Origin: Clostridia bacterium
Lineage (GTDB): Bacteria > Bacillota > Clostridia > Oscillospirales > Acutalibacteraceae
NCBI GenBank assembly: GCA_017431755.1
Contig: JAFRKM010000089.1
Span: 1 to 36,914, forward strand
Direction: 5' to 3'
DNA: 36,914 nt
The notes beneath the pieces were generated by a model that was given only the letters and a program-made list of their open reading frames with translations, searched no databases and had not been told where the DNA came from. This document shows positions 15,684 through 23,584 of the stretch, piece after piece (positions within the stretch are counted from its first letter, which is position 1; each line of letters opens with the position of its first letter). Both the position numbers and the translations under genes were made by a program.

Positions 15684-17753
15684 ATGAATAAAATTTTAAA
15701 AAATTTTTTTTCAAAAAAAATGATATTTGAATCCTATGAAAGTTACAAAGACTACTTGATTGATGAAATGAATGTGGTTTTTTTAACTTTGGATTATTAT
15801 TTGGAAGCAGATAAAAAGAAAAATTTTGAAAATTTTAAAAATGATGCTTTAAATGCTATTGCAAAAGCAAATTTTTATGTAAAATCAAGATTGGAATGTT
15901 CTAAAGAAGATTTTTTTGCAGGAAAATATATTAAAGAGACTTTTATTTTTTCAGACCTTGAATGGTTTTGTTTAATGGTGGTTTTAATTAAACGTTTTAG
16001 TCCATTGAATCTTAAAAAATATTCCGATATTTTAGGCGGAGATAGCTTTGATTTTACTTATGAAGATTTAATCAAAATATATTTTTTTAAAAAAGAAATT
16101 TACGACATTGAAAATTTTTATGATATAATGGTGTGCCTAAAAGAAAAACTCAGTTCTCTTTGTTTTAAAGAAGGTGAACTGGAGATTGACGACTATATTT
16201 TTAAAAGTATTGTTGGAAATTCTATAGATAATTTTGATAAGAAAAATTTTTCTTATTTTAAGGTGCCTGAGGTTGAAAAAAAACTTATAATTAGAGAGGA
16301 TTTAGCCCGTAGATTTGCAGATTTTTCAAATGATTTTTCGGGTAATGAAAATATTTTATATTTTTTGTATGGAGAAAAAGGTATAGGTAAAAAAACACTG
16401 GCAAAGCGAATTTGTGAAATTCTTAAAAAAGGGCTTTTAGAAGTAAATCTGGCTGGATTTAAAGATATGAACAAAGATAATTACAACAATTTAATGTCTG
16501 CTATGCGCTTTGCCCTTTGTAATAAATTTTATATTTCTTTTTGTGGCTGCGATAAATTTGAGAAAGAAGTTCTAGATTATTACAAAAGTTTTATACTAAA
16601 CGTTGCTACAAAGTATTCAAAGATAGTTTTTGTTATATCAGAAAATAAATTTGACTTAAAAGAAAGCTTTTCTTGCGGAAAATGTTTAAGTGTAGAGGTT
16701 GAAGATTTAAGTTTAGAAGAAAGTTTTAAAATATGGGAAAACGCTTTTTCTAATTTAAATATTGATAAAACTGTAGATGTAAATGAAATTTCTAATAAAT
16801 TTGAATTTACTCCTTTGCAGATAATAAATACATGTGTAGATGCGGAAAATATTAGAGCTTGGAAGAAAACGGATACTATTAGCAAAGAAATTATATGTAA
16901 ATGTGCATATGAACAGGTAGCGGATAGAATATCCGATAAAGCTATACTTATTAAGAAAAAACATACGTGGGACGAGCTTGTTCTGCCGGAGGAACAAAAG
17001 AAGCTGATTATTCGTGCTTGTAATCAAATAAAATACAAAAATATAGTTTATGATAAATGGGGAATGGACAAAAAAGTATTATACGGCAGAGGCCTTAGCA
17101 TGCTGTTTTCCGGGCCTTCAGGTACAGGTAAAACTATGGCAGCTCAGGTTGTGGCAAATGAACTTGGGCTTGAAATATACAGAGTTGACCTTTCTAAAGT
17201 TGTTTCTAAATACATAGGAGAAACAGAGAAAAATTTAGGAGAAATATTTGAAAGTGCGAAAAAAAGTAATGTAATACTCCTTTTTGATGAAACGGACGCT
17301 ATTTTTGGTAAAAGAACAGAAGTTAAGGATTCACACGACAAAAATGCCAACGTGGAAACTTCTTATCTTCTTCAAAAAATGGAAGAATACAATGGAGTTA
17401 CAATTATGACCACAAACTTTATTGGAAATATTGATAAAGCATTTTTCAGAAGAATAAATTATGTAGTGCATTTTACGCTTCCAGATGCAAAGCTTCGAAA
17501 AGAAATATGGCAAAAAATGTATCCGAAAGAAACGCCTATCTCAGAAGACGTTGATTTTGATTTTCTTGCTAGACATTTTGAAGTTTCGGGGGGTAGTATA
17601 AAAAATATTGTTATTACATCCAGTTTTATTGCGGCTTCCGAATCAAACGAAGTAAAAATGGAACATATAATAAAAAGCCTTGAGTACGAAATAAAAAAAC
17701 AAGGAAAAATAGTTTCTAAATCTGATTTTGGCGAATATGGATATTTGCTTTAA
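15684..17753 (+). CDS. Double AAA+ ATPase, Pvc15/Afp15-like (degenerate D1, canonical D2)
   Basis: D2 has Walker A GPSGTGKT (17112-17135), Walker B ILLFDETD, VTIMTTN, and RR in FFRRINYVVHF. D1 has a Walker-A-like GEKGIGKKT (16371-16397) and no clear hhhhDE. The CDC48-like D2 context KYIGETEKNLGEIF is present. Confidence 0.9.
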   Translation: MNKILKNFFSKKMIFESYESYKDYLIDEMNVVFLTLDYYLEADKKKNFENFKNDALNAIAKANFYVKSRLECSKEDFFAGKYIKETFIFSDLEWFCLMVVLIKRFSPLNLKKYSDILGGDSFDFTYEDLIKIYFFKKEIYDIENFYDIMVCLKEKLSSLCFKEGELEIDDYIFKSIVGNSIDNFDKKNFSYFKVPEVEKKLIIREDLARRFADFSNDFSGNENILYFLYGEKGIGKKTLAKRICEILKKGLLEVNLAGFKDMNKDNYNNLMSAMRFALCNKFYISFCGCDKFEKEVLDYYKSFILNVATKYSKIVFVISENKFDLKESFSCGKCLSVEVEDLSLEESFKIWENAFSNLNIDKTVDVNEISNKFEFTPLQIINTCVDAENIRAWKKTDTISKEIICKCAYEQVADRISDKAILIKKKHTWDELVLPEEQKKLIIRACNQIKYKNIVYDKWGMDKKVLYGRGLSMLFSGPSGTGKTMAAQVVANELGLEIYRVDLSKVVSKYIGETEKNLGEIFESAKKSNVILLFDETDAIFGKRTEVKDSHDKNANVETSYLLQKMEEYNGVTIMTTNFIGNIDKAFFRRINYVVHFTLPDAKLRKEIWQKMYPKETPISEDVDFDFLARHFEVSGGSIKNIVITSSFIAASESNEVKMEHIIKSLEYEIKKQGKIVSKSDFGEYGYLL

Positions 17754-17851
17754 AAAGAAAGATAATATAATTTAAAACTATTAATATATAACTAATTTTT
17801 TTAAAATCATGTTTTATGTTTTTTAAATTTGTGATAATATAAAAATTAGTA

Positions 17852-17880
17852 TTGAAAAAAATGTCAAAATATGATATTAT
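17852..17880 (+). promoter_or_regulatory. Candidate promoter (TTGAAA-17 nt-TATTAT) for the 17920 gene
   Basis: Read directly in the 166-nt spacer after the ATPase gene. Confidence 0.35.
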
Positions 17881-17919
17881 TAACTATGATGCTATTTAAG
17901 ATTAAAGGAGGGTGTTTTT

Positions 17920-18603
17920 ATGGCAGAAAATAAGTATTTAAATGAGAAAAAATATAAAATGGGTGTAAGATTTTTGATTTTAGCTGGAATTTTGGTTTTA
18001 ATTATTGGTTTAGGTTTAGGTGGATTTTTGATACATAAAGGATATAAAGGTATTGTAGAACCAGACACTTTAAAAAGTGATACTTTGAAAGTTGATACTT
18101 TAAAAAATTCACTTGAGGTTAAAAAAAGTGAACTAGAATCTAAAGGTATTAAATATAACGAATTTGCCAAATATTCTGATGGTGAAGAGTATGATTTAAA
18201 GATCATTACAAAAGTACTAGATCCTAGCTTCCCAAATTATAAGTTTGATGAATATAAAAATAATCCATTAACAAAAGAGTATTGTGATGCTAAAAACAGT
18301 GTGGAAAATCATAGTGGAAAATTTATTAATACGGAGCCAACAGAGTTTTTTAATGAAGGATTAACAAAATTTATTAATATAGGGTCAATAATGTTAGGTG
18401 TATTTATATGCTTGGTTTCTATTGGGGGTTCAATTAGTATTTTTAAAATAGCAATGAGAAGACATATACTTGCTTTTTCAGTTCAACAAGTTATGCCTGT
18501 TGCTAAAGAAGGTATAGATGAAGTGGCTCCAACAATTGGAAATGCTGTTGGTGAAATTGCAAAAGGTATAAAAAAAGGGATGAATGATGATGAAAATAAA
18601 TGA
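17920..18603 (+). CDS. Hypothetical two-TM membrane protein with DTLKx pentapeptide repeats
   Basis: RBS aaaggaggg. TM1 is VRFLILAGILVLIIGLGLGGFLI and TM2 is IGSIMLGVFICLVSIGGSISIF. The extracytoplasmic segment lies between them. Confidence 0.6.
   Translation: MAENKYLNEKKYKMGVRFLILAGILVLIIGLGLGGFLIHKGYKGIVEPDTLKSDTLKVDTLKNSLEVKKSELESKGIKYNEFAKYSDGEEYDLKIITKVLDPSFPNYKFDEYKNNPLTKEYCDAKNSVENHSGKFINTEPTEFFNEGLTKFINIGSIMLGVFICLVSIGGSISIFKIAMRRHILAFSVQQVMPVAKEGIDEVAPTIGNAVGEIAKGIKKGMNDDENK
18064..18108 (+). repeat. 3 x 15-nt in-frame tandem repeat (gacactttaaaaagt / gatactttgaaagtt / gatactttaaaaaat)
   Basis: Read directly. It encodes DTLKS-DTLKV-DTLKN. Confidence 0.9.
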
Positions 18604-18689
18604 TTTATTTCATCTATTTTAAGTAATAAAAGCTGATTGTAAATCGTTTTTTCTTATTTTGTTAGAAGGCGATATAAATATTTATTTTA

Positions 18690-18713
18690 AAAAGCGGCAT
18701 TTAAGCCGCTTTT
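18690..18713. terminator. Bidirectional hairpin terminator between convergent genes
   Basis: aaaagcggc / gccgctttt with a 6-nt loop. A/T runs flank it on both sides. It lies between the 17920-18603 (+) and 18735-19502 (-) genes. Confidence 0.65.
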
Positions 18714-18734
18714 AAGTTGCTATAAAAGGAAGTT

Positions 18735-19502
18735 TTACATGTTGTTTTCTTTGTCATCGTAAGATTGTTTTATTAAATCCAAAACATAATCCAGCATATC
18801 TTCGTCGTTTAAATAAACTACGTAGTCTCCATTACCCCAATGACCTATTTTTGAGATATCTTTAGCGAATTTGTAAGGGTCTTTAAGTTTTTCACTTGGT
18901 AAATTAATGTATATTTTTAATGTGCTTTTTTGTATTTCAATATCGCATATATTTGTACTAGTTTTAAAAGCAATATCTAGTGTTTTAGGTTCAATACTAA
19001 TGTTGCCAAAAAGTAATATTCTATCTCTTAGCAGTACATAAAGTCTTTTTGTGGTTTCTGAACCGTGAGAAATATGATCTTGCTCTGTGTATTGGACAGC
19101 GCCTGAATTTTGGAATTCCTCCGCCGTGTATTCATCTATGATTTTGTGCCCTTCCGGAGCAATTTTTTTAAGCTTGTCGGTTGTGCTGCTTATTGAAGCA
19201 ATACTATACAAAATTTCGTAAGCATCTTCGGCTGTAATATTATAGAATTCTCTTATTCGCGGTTTGCCGTCAAAGGTTTCTATTGCACGTAAACCAGGAT
19301 TTAATTTATCAATTAAATTATGTACGTCTTTGTCCCTGAGTCTGCCCTCGACTTCATACACGCAGTACGCCCTGAACGCAAACGGCAAGCACTCGCTTTT
19401 ATTTAATTGCCTTAATCTGTATTCTAAATTATCAGCGTAGCCAATTTTTACGTATTCCGGAAATGACGGGTTGGTTAAAACATAAATTACACCTTTTTTC
19501 AT
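18735..19502 (-). CDS. T5orf172 (GIY-YIG superfamily) domain protein with C-terminal DUF5655-like domain
   Basis: N-terminus GVIYVLTNPSFPEYVKIGYADNLEYRLRQLNKSECLPFAFRAYCVYEV matches the T5orf172/MUG113 pattern. C-terminus ...IAFKTSTNICDIEIQKSTLKIYINL...IGHWGNGDYVVYLNDEDMLDYVLDLIKQSY matches the DUF5655-type module. ATG at 19502 is 8 nt after aaggag; the ORF track GTG at 19511 overlaps that RBS. Confidence 0.75.
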   Translation of the reverse strand: MKKGVIYVLTNPSFPEYVKIGYADNLEYRLRQLNKSECLPFAFRAYCVYEVEGRLRDKDVHNLIDKLNPGLRAIETFDGKPRIREFYNITAEDAYEILYSIASISSTTDKLKKIAPEGHKIIDEYTAEEFQNSGAVQYTEQDHISHGSETTKRLYVLLRDRILLFGNISIEPKTLDIAFKTSTNICDIEIQKSTLKIYINLPSEKLKDPYKFAKDISKIGHWGNGDYVVYLNDEDMLDYVLDLIKQSYDDKENNM

Positions 19503-19543
19503 GTAAATCACTCCTTATTTACAGAAAACTTCTATTAAAAAAA

Positions 19544-19619
19544 TGGAGCTACTGGGCGGACTCGAACCGCCGACCTGCTGATTACGAATCAGCTGCTCTA
19601 CCAACTGAGCCACAGTAGC
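19544..19619 (-). tRNA. tRNA-Thr (anticodon CGU), CCA encoded
   Basis: Reverse complement GCTACTGTGGCTCAGTTGGTAGAGCAGCTGATTCGTAATCAGCAGGTCGGCGGTTCGAGTCCGCCCAGTAGCTCCA folds into a full cloverleaf: 7-bp acceptor stem, GCTC/GAGC D-stem, GCTGA/TCAGC anticodon stem with loop TTCGTAA, and GGCGG/CCGCC T-stem with TTCGAGT. Confidence 0.95.
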
Positions 19620-19642
19620 AACTTACATTACTTTGTAAAATT

Positions 19643-19671
19643 ATTATATAAAAAATTTTTAAAATAGTCAA
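19643..19671 (-). promoter_or_regulatory. Consensus sigma-A promoter (TTGACT-17 nt-TATAAT) driving tRNA-Thr
   Basis: On the minus strand, ttgact is at 19671-19666, the spacer is 17 nt and tataat is at 19648-19643. The predicted start is about 15-20 nt upstream of the tRNA 5' end. Confidence 0.6.
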
Positions 19672-19758
19672 TTGATTTGAATTTTAAGGGTTATTATATT
19701 TTTGAATTTATAGTATAATGAAATAAATATATAAATTAAAATATGAGGTGTAATATTT

Positions 19759-20694
19759 ATGAACCCGGTAAATACTTTAGAAATGCTAAAAAAAGCTTAC
19801 AGTGGGAAATATGCCGTTGGTGCATTTAACGTTAATAATATGGAAATAATTCAAGGAATAGTTTCCGCAGCCGAGGAACTTAAATCACCGGTAATTTTAC
19901 AAGCGTCATCTGGTGCCAGAAAGTACGCAGGTGCTACATATATGAGAAAGCTTGTGGAAGCGGCTTGTGAAGAATCAAGTATTCCGATAGCGCTGCATTT
20001 GGACCATGGTGATACGTTTGAACTTTGTAAAAACTGTATTGATAGTGGATTTACATCTGTTATGATAGATGGTTCTTCGCTTAATTATAATGCTAATATT
20101 GAGCTTACTAAAAAGGTAGTGGATTATGCCCATAAATACGACGTTTCCGTTGAAGGCGAACTTGGCAGTTTAGCAGGAGTAGAAGATAAACTTAATGTTT
20201 CGGAAGAAAAATCTTTTTATACGAATCCTGAAGAAGTGGAAGATTTTGTGAATAAAACGGGTGTAGATTCGCTTGCTGTTGCTATTGGTACGAGTCACGG
20301 GGCTTATAAATTTAAACCCGGGCAGAATCCAAAACTTAGGTTTGATATTTTGGAAGAAATAGAGCGTAGATTACCCGATTTTCCAATAGTTCTTCACGGA
20401 GCTTCAAGTGTAATTCAAAAGTATATAAGTGAGATTAACAGTTTTGGTGGAGATATTAAAGAAGCTATTGGAATTCCTGAAGATATGCTAAAAGAGGCGG
20501 CAAAGAAAGCTGTGTGTAAGATTAATGTCGATTCAGATTTAAGACTTGCCATGACGGCTGCAATTAGAAAAAATTTAGCAGAAAATCCATCTAATTTTGA
20601 CCCAAGGAAATATTTAACTCCTGCAAGAGAAGCTATAAAAGAAGTGGTAAAGCACAAAATTACAAATGTAATGGGAAGCGTAAATAAAGCATAA
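19759..20694 (+). CDS. fba: Fructose-bisphosphate aldolase, class II
   Basis: Motifs VILQASSGARKY, ALHLDHGD, SVMIDGS, VEGELG, AIGTSHGAYKF, IVLHGASS. Confidence 0.95.
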   Translation: MNPVNTLEMLKKAYSGKYAVGAFNVNNMEIIQGIVSAAEELKSPVILQASSGARKYAGATYMRKLVEAACEESSIPIALHLDHGDTFELCKNCIDSGFTSVMIDGSSLNYNANIELTKKVVDYAHKYDVSVEGELGSLAGVEDKLNVSEEKSFYTNPEEVEDFVNKTGVDSLAVAIGTSHGAYKFKPGQNPKLRFDILEEIERRLPDFPIVLHGASSVIQKYISEINSFGGDIKEAIGIPEDMLKEAAKKAVCKINVDSDLRLAMTAAIRKNLAENPSNFDPRKYLTPAREAIKEVVKHKITNVMGSVNKA

Positions 20695-20699
20695 AAAAG

Positions 20700-20725
20700 C
20701 CCTCGCTAATTTTTAGCGGGGGTTT
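20700..20725 (+). terminator. Rho-independent terminator after fba
   Basis: Stem ccctcgctaa / ttagcggggg (one G-U pair) followed by ttt. It overlaps the 3' end of the convergent gene. Confidence 0.6.
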
Positions 20726-21513
20726 GCTGTTGAGTGTGCTTTTTTGAAATAATTATTATATAGGTCAATAGGGTTATTTGTGATTTCTATTTTTTTATAA
20801 TTGGAAATGATTTTTAAAGTAGTTAATAGTATATCTTTTTGTAAAGGCTGCGTATAATTTAAATTTTCTTCACAAAAATTTTTAAGGTTTGATAAATGCT
20901 CATCATATATGCTTTTTAATTTATCTAACATTTTTTGATCATTTGAATATTTTCTAGTTATTTTATGTATTAAATCTTCCATAGTATTTACTGGTTTTTC
21001 ATTGCCTTTTTTAGCTAGTGTCTCAATCGCGTGGTTGACATAAATTTGCGTTTGAGAAAAAAAAGGGCGAGAATTTGCTATGATATATGCATGAAATAAA
21101 AAGTGCATATCTTCACTTTTTAAATATTGTAACATATTCTTTAGCAGTAAAAAATCAATTGGTTCACTTTTTAGCTCAATTGAAATAAGCTCTACTATAG
21201 TATAACTGAAGAAAAATGTAAATATATCTTGAATTTTTTCTTCGTCTTTTTCATTGTTAAATAAATGCTGTTTGAAGTAGTTATAATAGTCATTTTTAAC
21301 TTTATTGATATCACCGATATACTGGATGTCTCTTCTTATGCATTTTACTAATTTTCTTATGTTATCGATTTCTGATTTTTCAAAGCAGTCTTCCACACGA
21401 AGTGGGCGAATATTTTCATTGAAAATATTGCAGGAATGGCGAGTGGCTTTTGAAATTGGGGATGATATTATGATAAAAACAATGATTGCTGATAAAAATT
21501 TTTTTGTTTTCAT
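20713..21513 (-). CDS. Hypothetical secreted, largely helical protein
   Basis: Signal peptide MKTKKFLSAIIVFIIISSPISKA. 266 open codons. RBS aggag (reverse complement of ctcct at 21520-21524). No family recognised. Confidence 0.55.
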   Translation of the reverse strand: MKTKKFLSAIIVFIIISSPISKATRHSCNIFNENIRPLRVEDCFEKSEIDNIRKLVKCIRRDIQYIGDINKVKNDYYNYFKQHLFNNEKDEEKIQDIFTFFFSYTIVELISIELKSEPIDFLLLKNMLQYLKSEDMHFLFHAYIIANSRPFFSQTQIYVNHAIETLAKKGNEKPVNTMEDLIHKITRKYSNDQKMLDKLKSIYDEHLSNLKNFCEENLNYTQPLQKDILLTTLKIISNYKKIEITNNPIDLYNNYFKKAHSTANPR

Positions 21514-21606
21514 TGTATACTCCTTCTAAAATTAATTTATGTTTAATTTAAATAAATAATTGCATTAAAATTATACTATTTACCATACCTAAATGTCAAT
21601 ATAATA

Positions 21607-21639
21607 AAATAAAAACCCTTGCTGAGTTTAGCAAGGGTT
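21607..21639 (-). terminator. Rho-independent terminator after the DUF4363 gene
   Basis: On the minus strand, aacccttgct-aaactc-agcaagggtt is followed by tttttatttt. Confidence 0.7.
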
Positions 21640-21674
21640 GAAATTTATACCAAAGAATTACTAAAATATTAATA

Positions 21675-22064
21675 CTATAAAATATTTCCTAAGGTTGGTA
21701 TTTCCACTTCTCTTAAATTTTTCAAATATATTGTGGCTTTATTGCTTTCCATCCAGAAATTATCGTTTTTTGAATTTTCTGAAGTATCAATTGAAGTTTT
21801 TATCAGTGCAATAGACTCTTCTATTTCTTCCAGCATTTCGTGATGAACTATTATTGACATTATGTTTTGATTTTCTTCCCAAAAATTATTTAAATCATCG
21901 GCTTTTTTGGATGCCGATTTAAAATTTGAAGCTGAAAAATCTTGCTGTATATTTTTTACAGATTCCATAGCTTTATCAGAAACGTTTATTATATAAAACA
22001 TAAGAAATACGCAAGATATTACTGAAAAAACAGCTAAAACTGCAGCCCAAAACACTTTTTTCAT
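21675..22064 (-). CDS. DUF4363-like small membrane-anchored protein
   Basis: 129 aa with an N-terminal TM helix. It overlaps the upstream DUF421 gene by 4 nt (ATGA); this pairing is the usual context for DUF4363 in Clostridia. Confidence 0.65.
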   Translation of the reverse strand: MKKVFWAAVLAVFSVISCVFLMFYIINVSDKAMESVKNIQQDFSASNFKSASKKADDLNNFWEENQNIMSIIVHHEMLEEIEESIALIKTSIDTSENSKNDNFWMESNKATIYLKNLREVEIPTLGNIL

Positions 22065-22738
22065 TGATTTTTTTCCTTTCTTATTATTCTAAATTTTTTG
22101 TTTTTGTTTGCGGTCATTATAAAAATATCTTTCAGTTTTATGTTTTGTTCTTTTATGGTGCTATTTAGCCAAGTTTGATCAAGATTGCAAACTTTAAGAG
22201 AATGTTCTGAAATTATGCCGTCACTCACCACAATGGTATCTATTGTAGCGGGAGTGGTTTCTATTTTTAACATAGCCGCATCAGGGGGCTGTTTTTCGGG
22301 TTTTTTAAGAACACTTAGTTGGCCGTTTGTTTCCATAATTGCAAACCAAACGTCATCCAGGGAAAAGACGTCTGCTTGTCTTAGCTGTTCGAATAAATCT
22401 TCGCAAGAAATTCTAAGGTTTTTAAGTGCTGATTGCTGTACTTTTCCTTCTTTTATTAAAACTATCGGTTTGCCGCATATTAATTCTCTTATTTTTGCGT
22501 TTTTTAGCATGAAAAATGAAACTAAAATTTCGTAGCATATCAAAGATATAATTGGTATAACGCTGGAAAGGAGCGGTTGTGCAGAATCTTGCATCGGTAC
22601 GGCGGCAATATTTGATATTAAAATTGTTATAACCAGTTCGGAGGTTTGCAAATCGCTTATTTGCCGTTTCCCCATGATTTTTATTCCGAAAATAATTAAA
22701 AGATAAAGTATAACCGTTCGAATAAGTGCTATTGTCAT
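22061..22738 (-). CDS. DUF421 (YetF-family) membrane protein
   Basis: N-terminal TM bundle with the IMGKRQISDLQTSELVITILISNIAA motif. The C-terminal soluble domain is typical of the YetF/YdfS family. Confidence 0.8.
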   Translation of the reverse strand: MTIALIRTVILYLLIIFGIKIMGKRQISDLQTSELVITILISNIAAVPMQDSAQPLLSSVIPIISLICYEILVSFFMLKNAKIRELICGKPIVLIKEGKVQQSALKNLRISCEDLFEQLRQADVFSLDDVWFAIMETNGQLSVLKKPEKQPPDAAMLKIETTPATIDTIVVSDGIISEHSLKVCNLDQTWLNSTIKEQNIKLKDIFIMTANKNKKFRIIRKEKNQ

Positions 22739-22798
22739 AGATTTTTATCATTCCTTTTTGTTTTGTATACTTTTATTTTGTCGATGTTTTTCAAATAT

Positions 22799-22826
22799 AT
22801 TCACAATTATTAAAAATGTAGTATAA
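22799..22826 (+). promoter_or_regulatory. Candidate promoter (TTCACA-16 nt-TATAAT) for the glycan gene cluster
   Basis: Read directly in the divergent 161-nt spacer. Confidence 0.4.
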
Positions 22827-22899
22827 TATACTTGTAATAGTTATAATTTTTAAATTTTTATTTAAGGTGTGATTTATTATTTTAAGAAAATGGAAAGAT

Positions 22900-23565
22900 A
22901 TGCCGGAATTTATGAAAAATAAGGAAGTAATGAAATATCATAAAATTTTAAGGCGCAAAAAAACTCAAATTTTTTTAAAAAGATGTTTTGACCTAATATT
23001 TTCTATAATCTTAGCGGCTTTAATGCTTCCGTTTATGGCTGTTGTTTATTTTATAATCAAATTTGATAGCCCTGGAAAGGTTATTTTTAAGCAAAAAAGA
23101 GTAACTAGGTACGGGAAAATATTTTATGTTTATAAATTTAGAACAATGGTAGAAAATGCAGAGAAATTGGGTACTCAGGTAACTACAGATGGAGACAATA
23201 GAATTACCAAAAGTGGAAAATGGCTTAGAAAATTTAGAATAGATGAATTTCCGCAGATATTTAATATAATTAAAGGCGACCTTTCTTTTGTAGGGACTCG
23301 TCCGGAAGTGCCAAAGTATGTTAAACATTATACACCTGAGATGATGGCAACACTTCTTTTACCTGCCGGGGTAACTTCTTCTGCTAGCATACTTTATAAA
23401 GACGAAGCTGAATTTCTTAAAGGTTCAAAAAATCCAGATGAAACTTATGTAAATGAAATTTTGCCGCAAAAAATGACGTATAATTTGGAATATATAAAAA
23501 ATTTTGGACTTATTTACGATATAAAAATAATGATTAAAACAATTATTGCAGTGATAAAAAAATAA
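22900..23565 (+). CDS. Small monotopic phosphoglycosyl transferase (bacterial sugar transferase, PglC/WbaP C-terminal type)
   Basis: KRCFDLIFSIILAALMLP, VIFKQKRVTRYGKIFYVYKFRTM, DEFPQIFNIIKGDLSFVGTRPE. Confidence 0.9.
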   Translation: MPEFMKNKEVMKYHKILRRKKTQIFLKRCFDLIFSIILAALMLPFMAVVYFIIKFDSPGKVIFKQKRVTRYGKIFYVYKFRTMVENAEKLGTQVTTDGDNRITKSGKWLRKFRIDEFPQIFNIIKGDLSFVGTRPEVPKYVKHYTPEMMATLLLPAGVTSSASILYKDEAEFLKGSKNPDETYVNEILPQKMTYNLEYIKNFGLIYDIKIMIKTIIAVIKK

Positions 23566-23584
23566 AAATAAGGAGACTTTTTAA

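Noticed and set aside
12542-17753. Calling the operon a complete eCIS, PVC, T6SS or phage tail locus
   Set aside because: No sheath, tube, VgrG spike, gp25/gp6-like baseplate, tape measure or fibre protein is recognisable among the ORFs. Only the cap-like, PAAR-like and ATPase parts are present, so only a parts module can be supported.
11040-19619. A classical tRNA-integrated genomic island carrying the CIS-like operon
   Set aside because: The tRNA 3' end does face this block. However, I see no integrase, recombinase or transposase, no direct repeat of the tRNA 3' end in the 11040-11310 spacer, and no obvious compositional break. The region is accessory-looking, but an integrative element cannot be claimed from this window.
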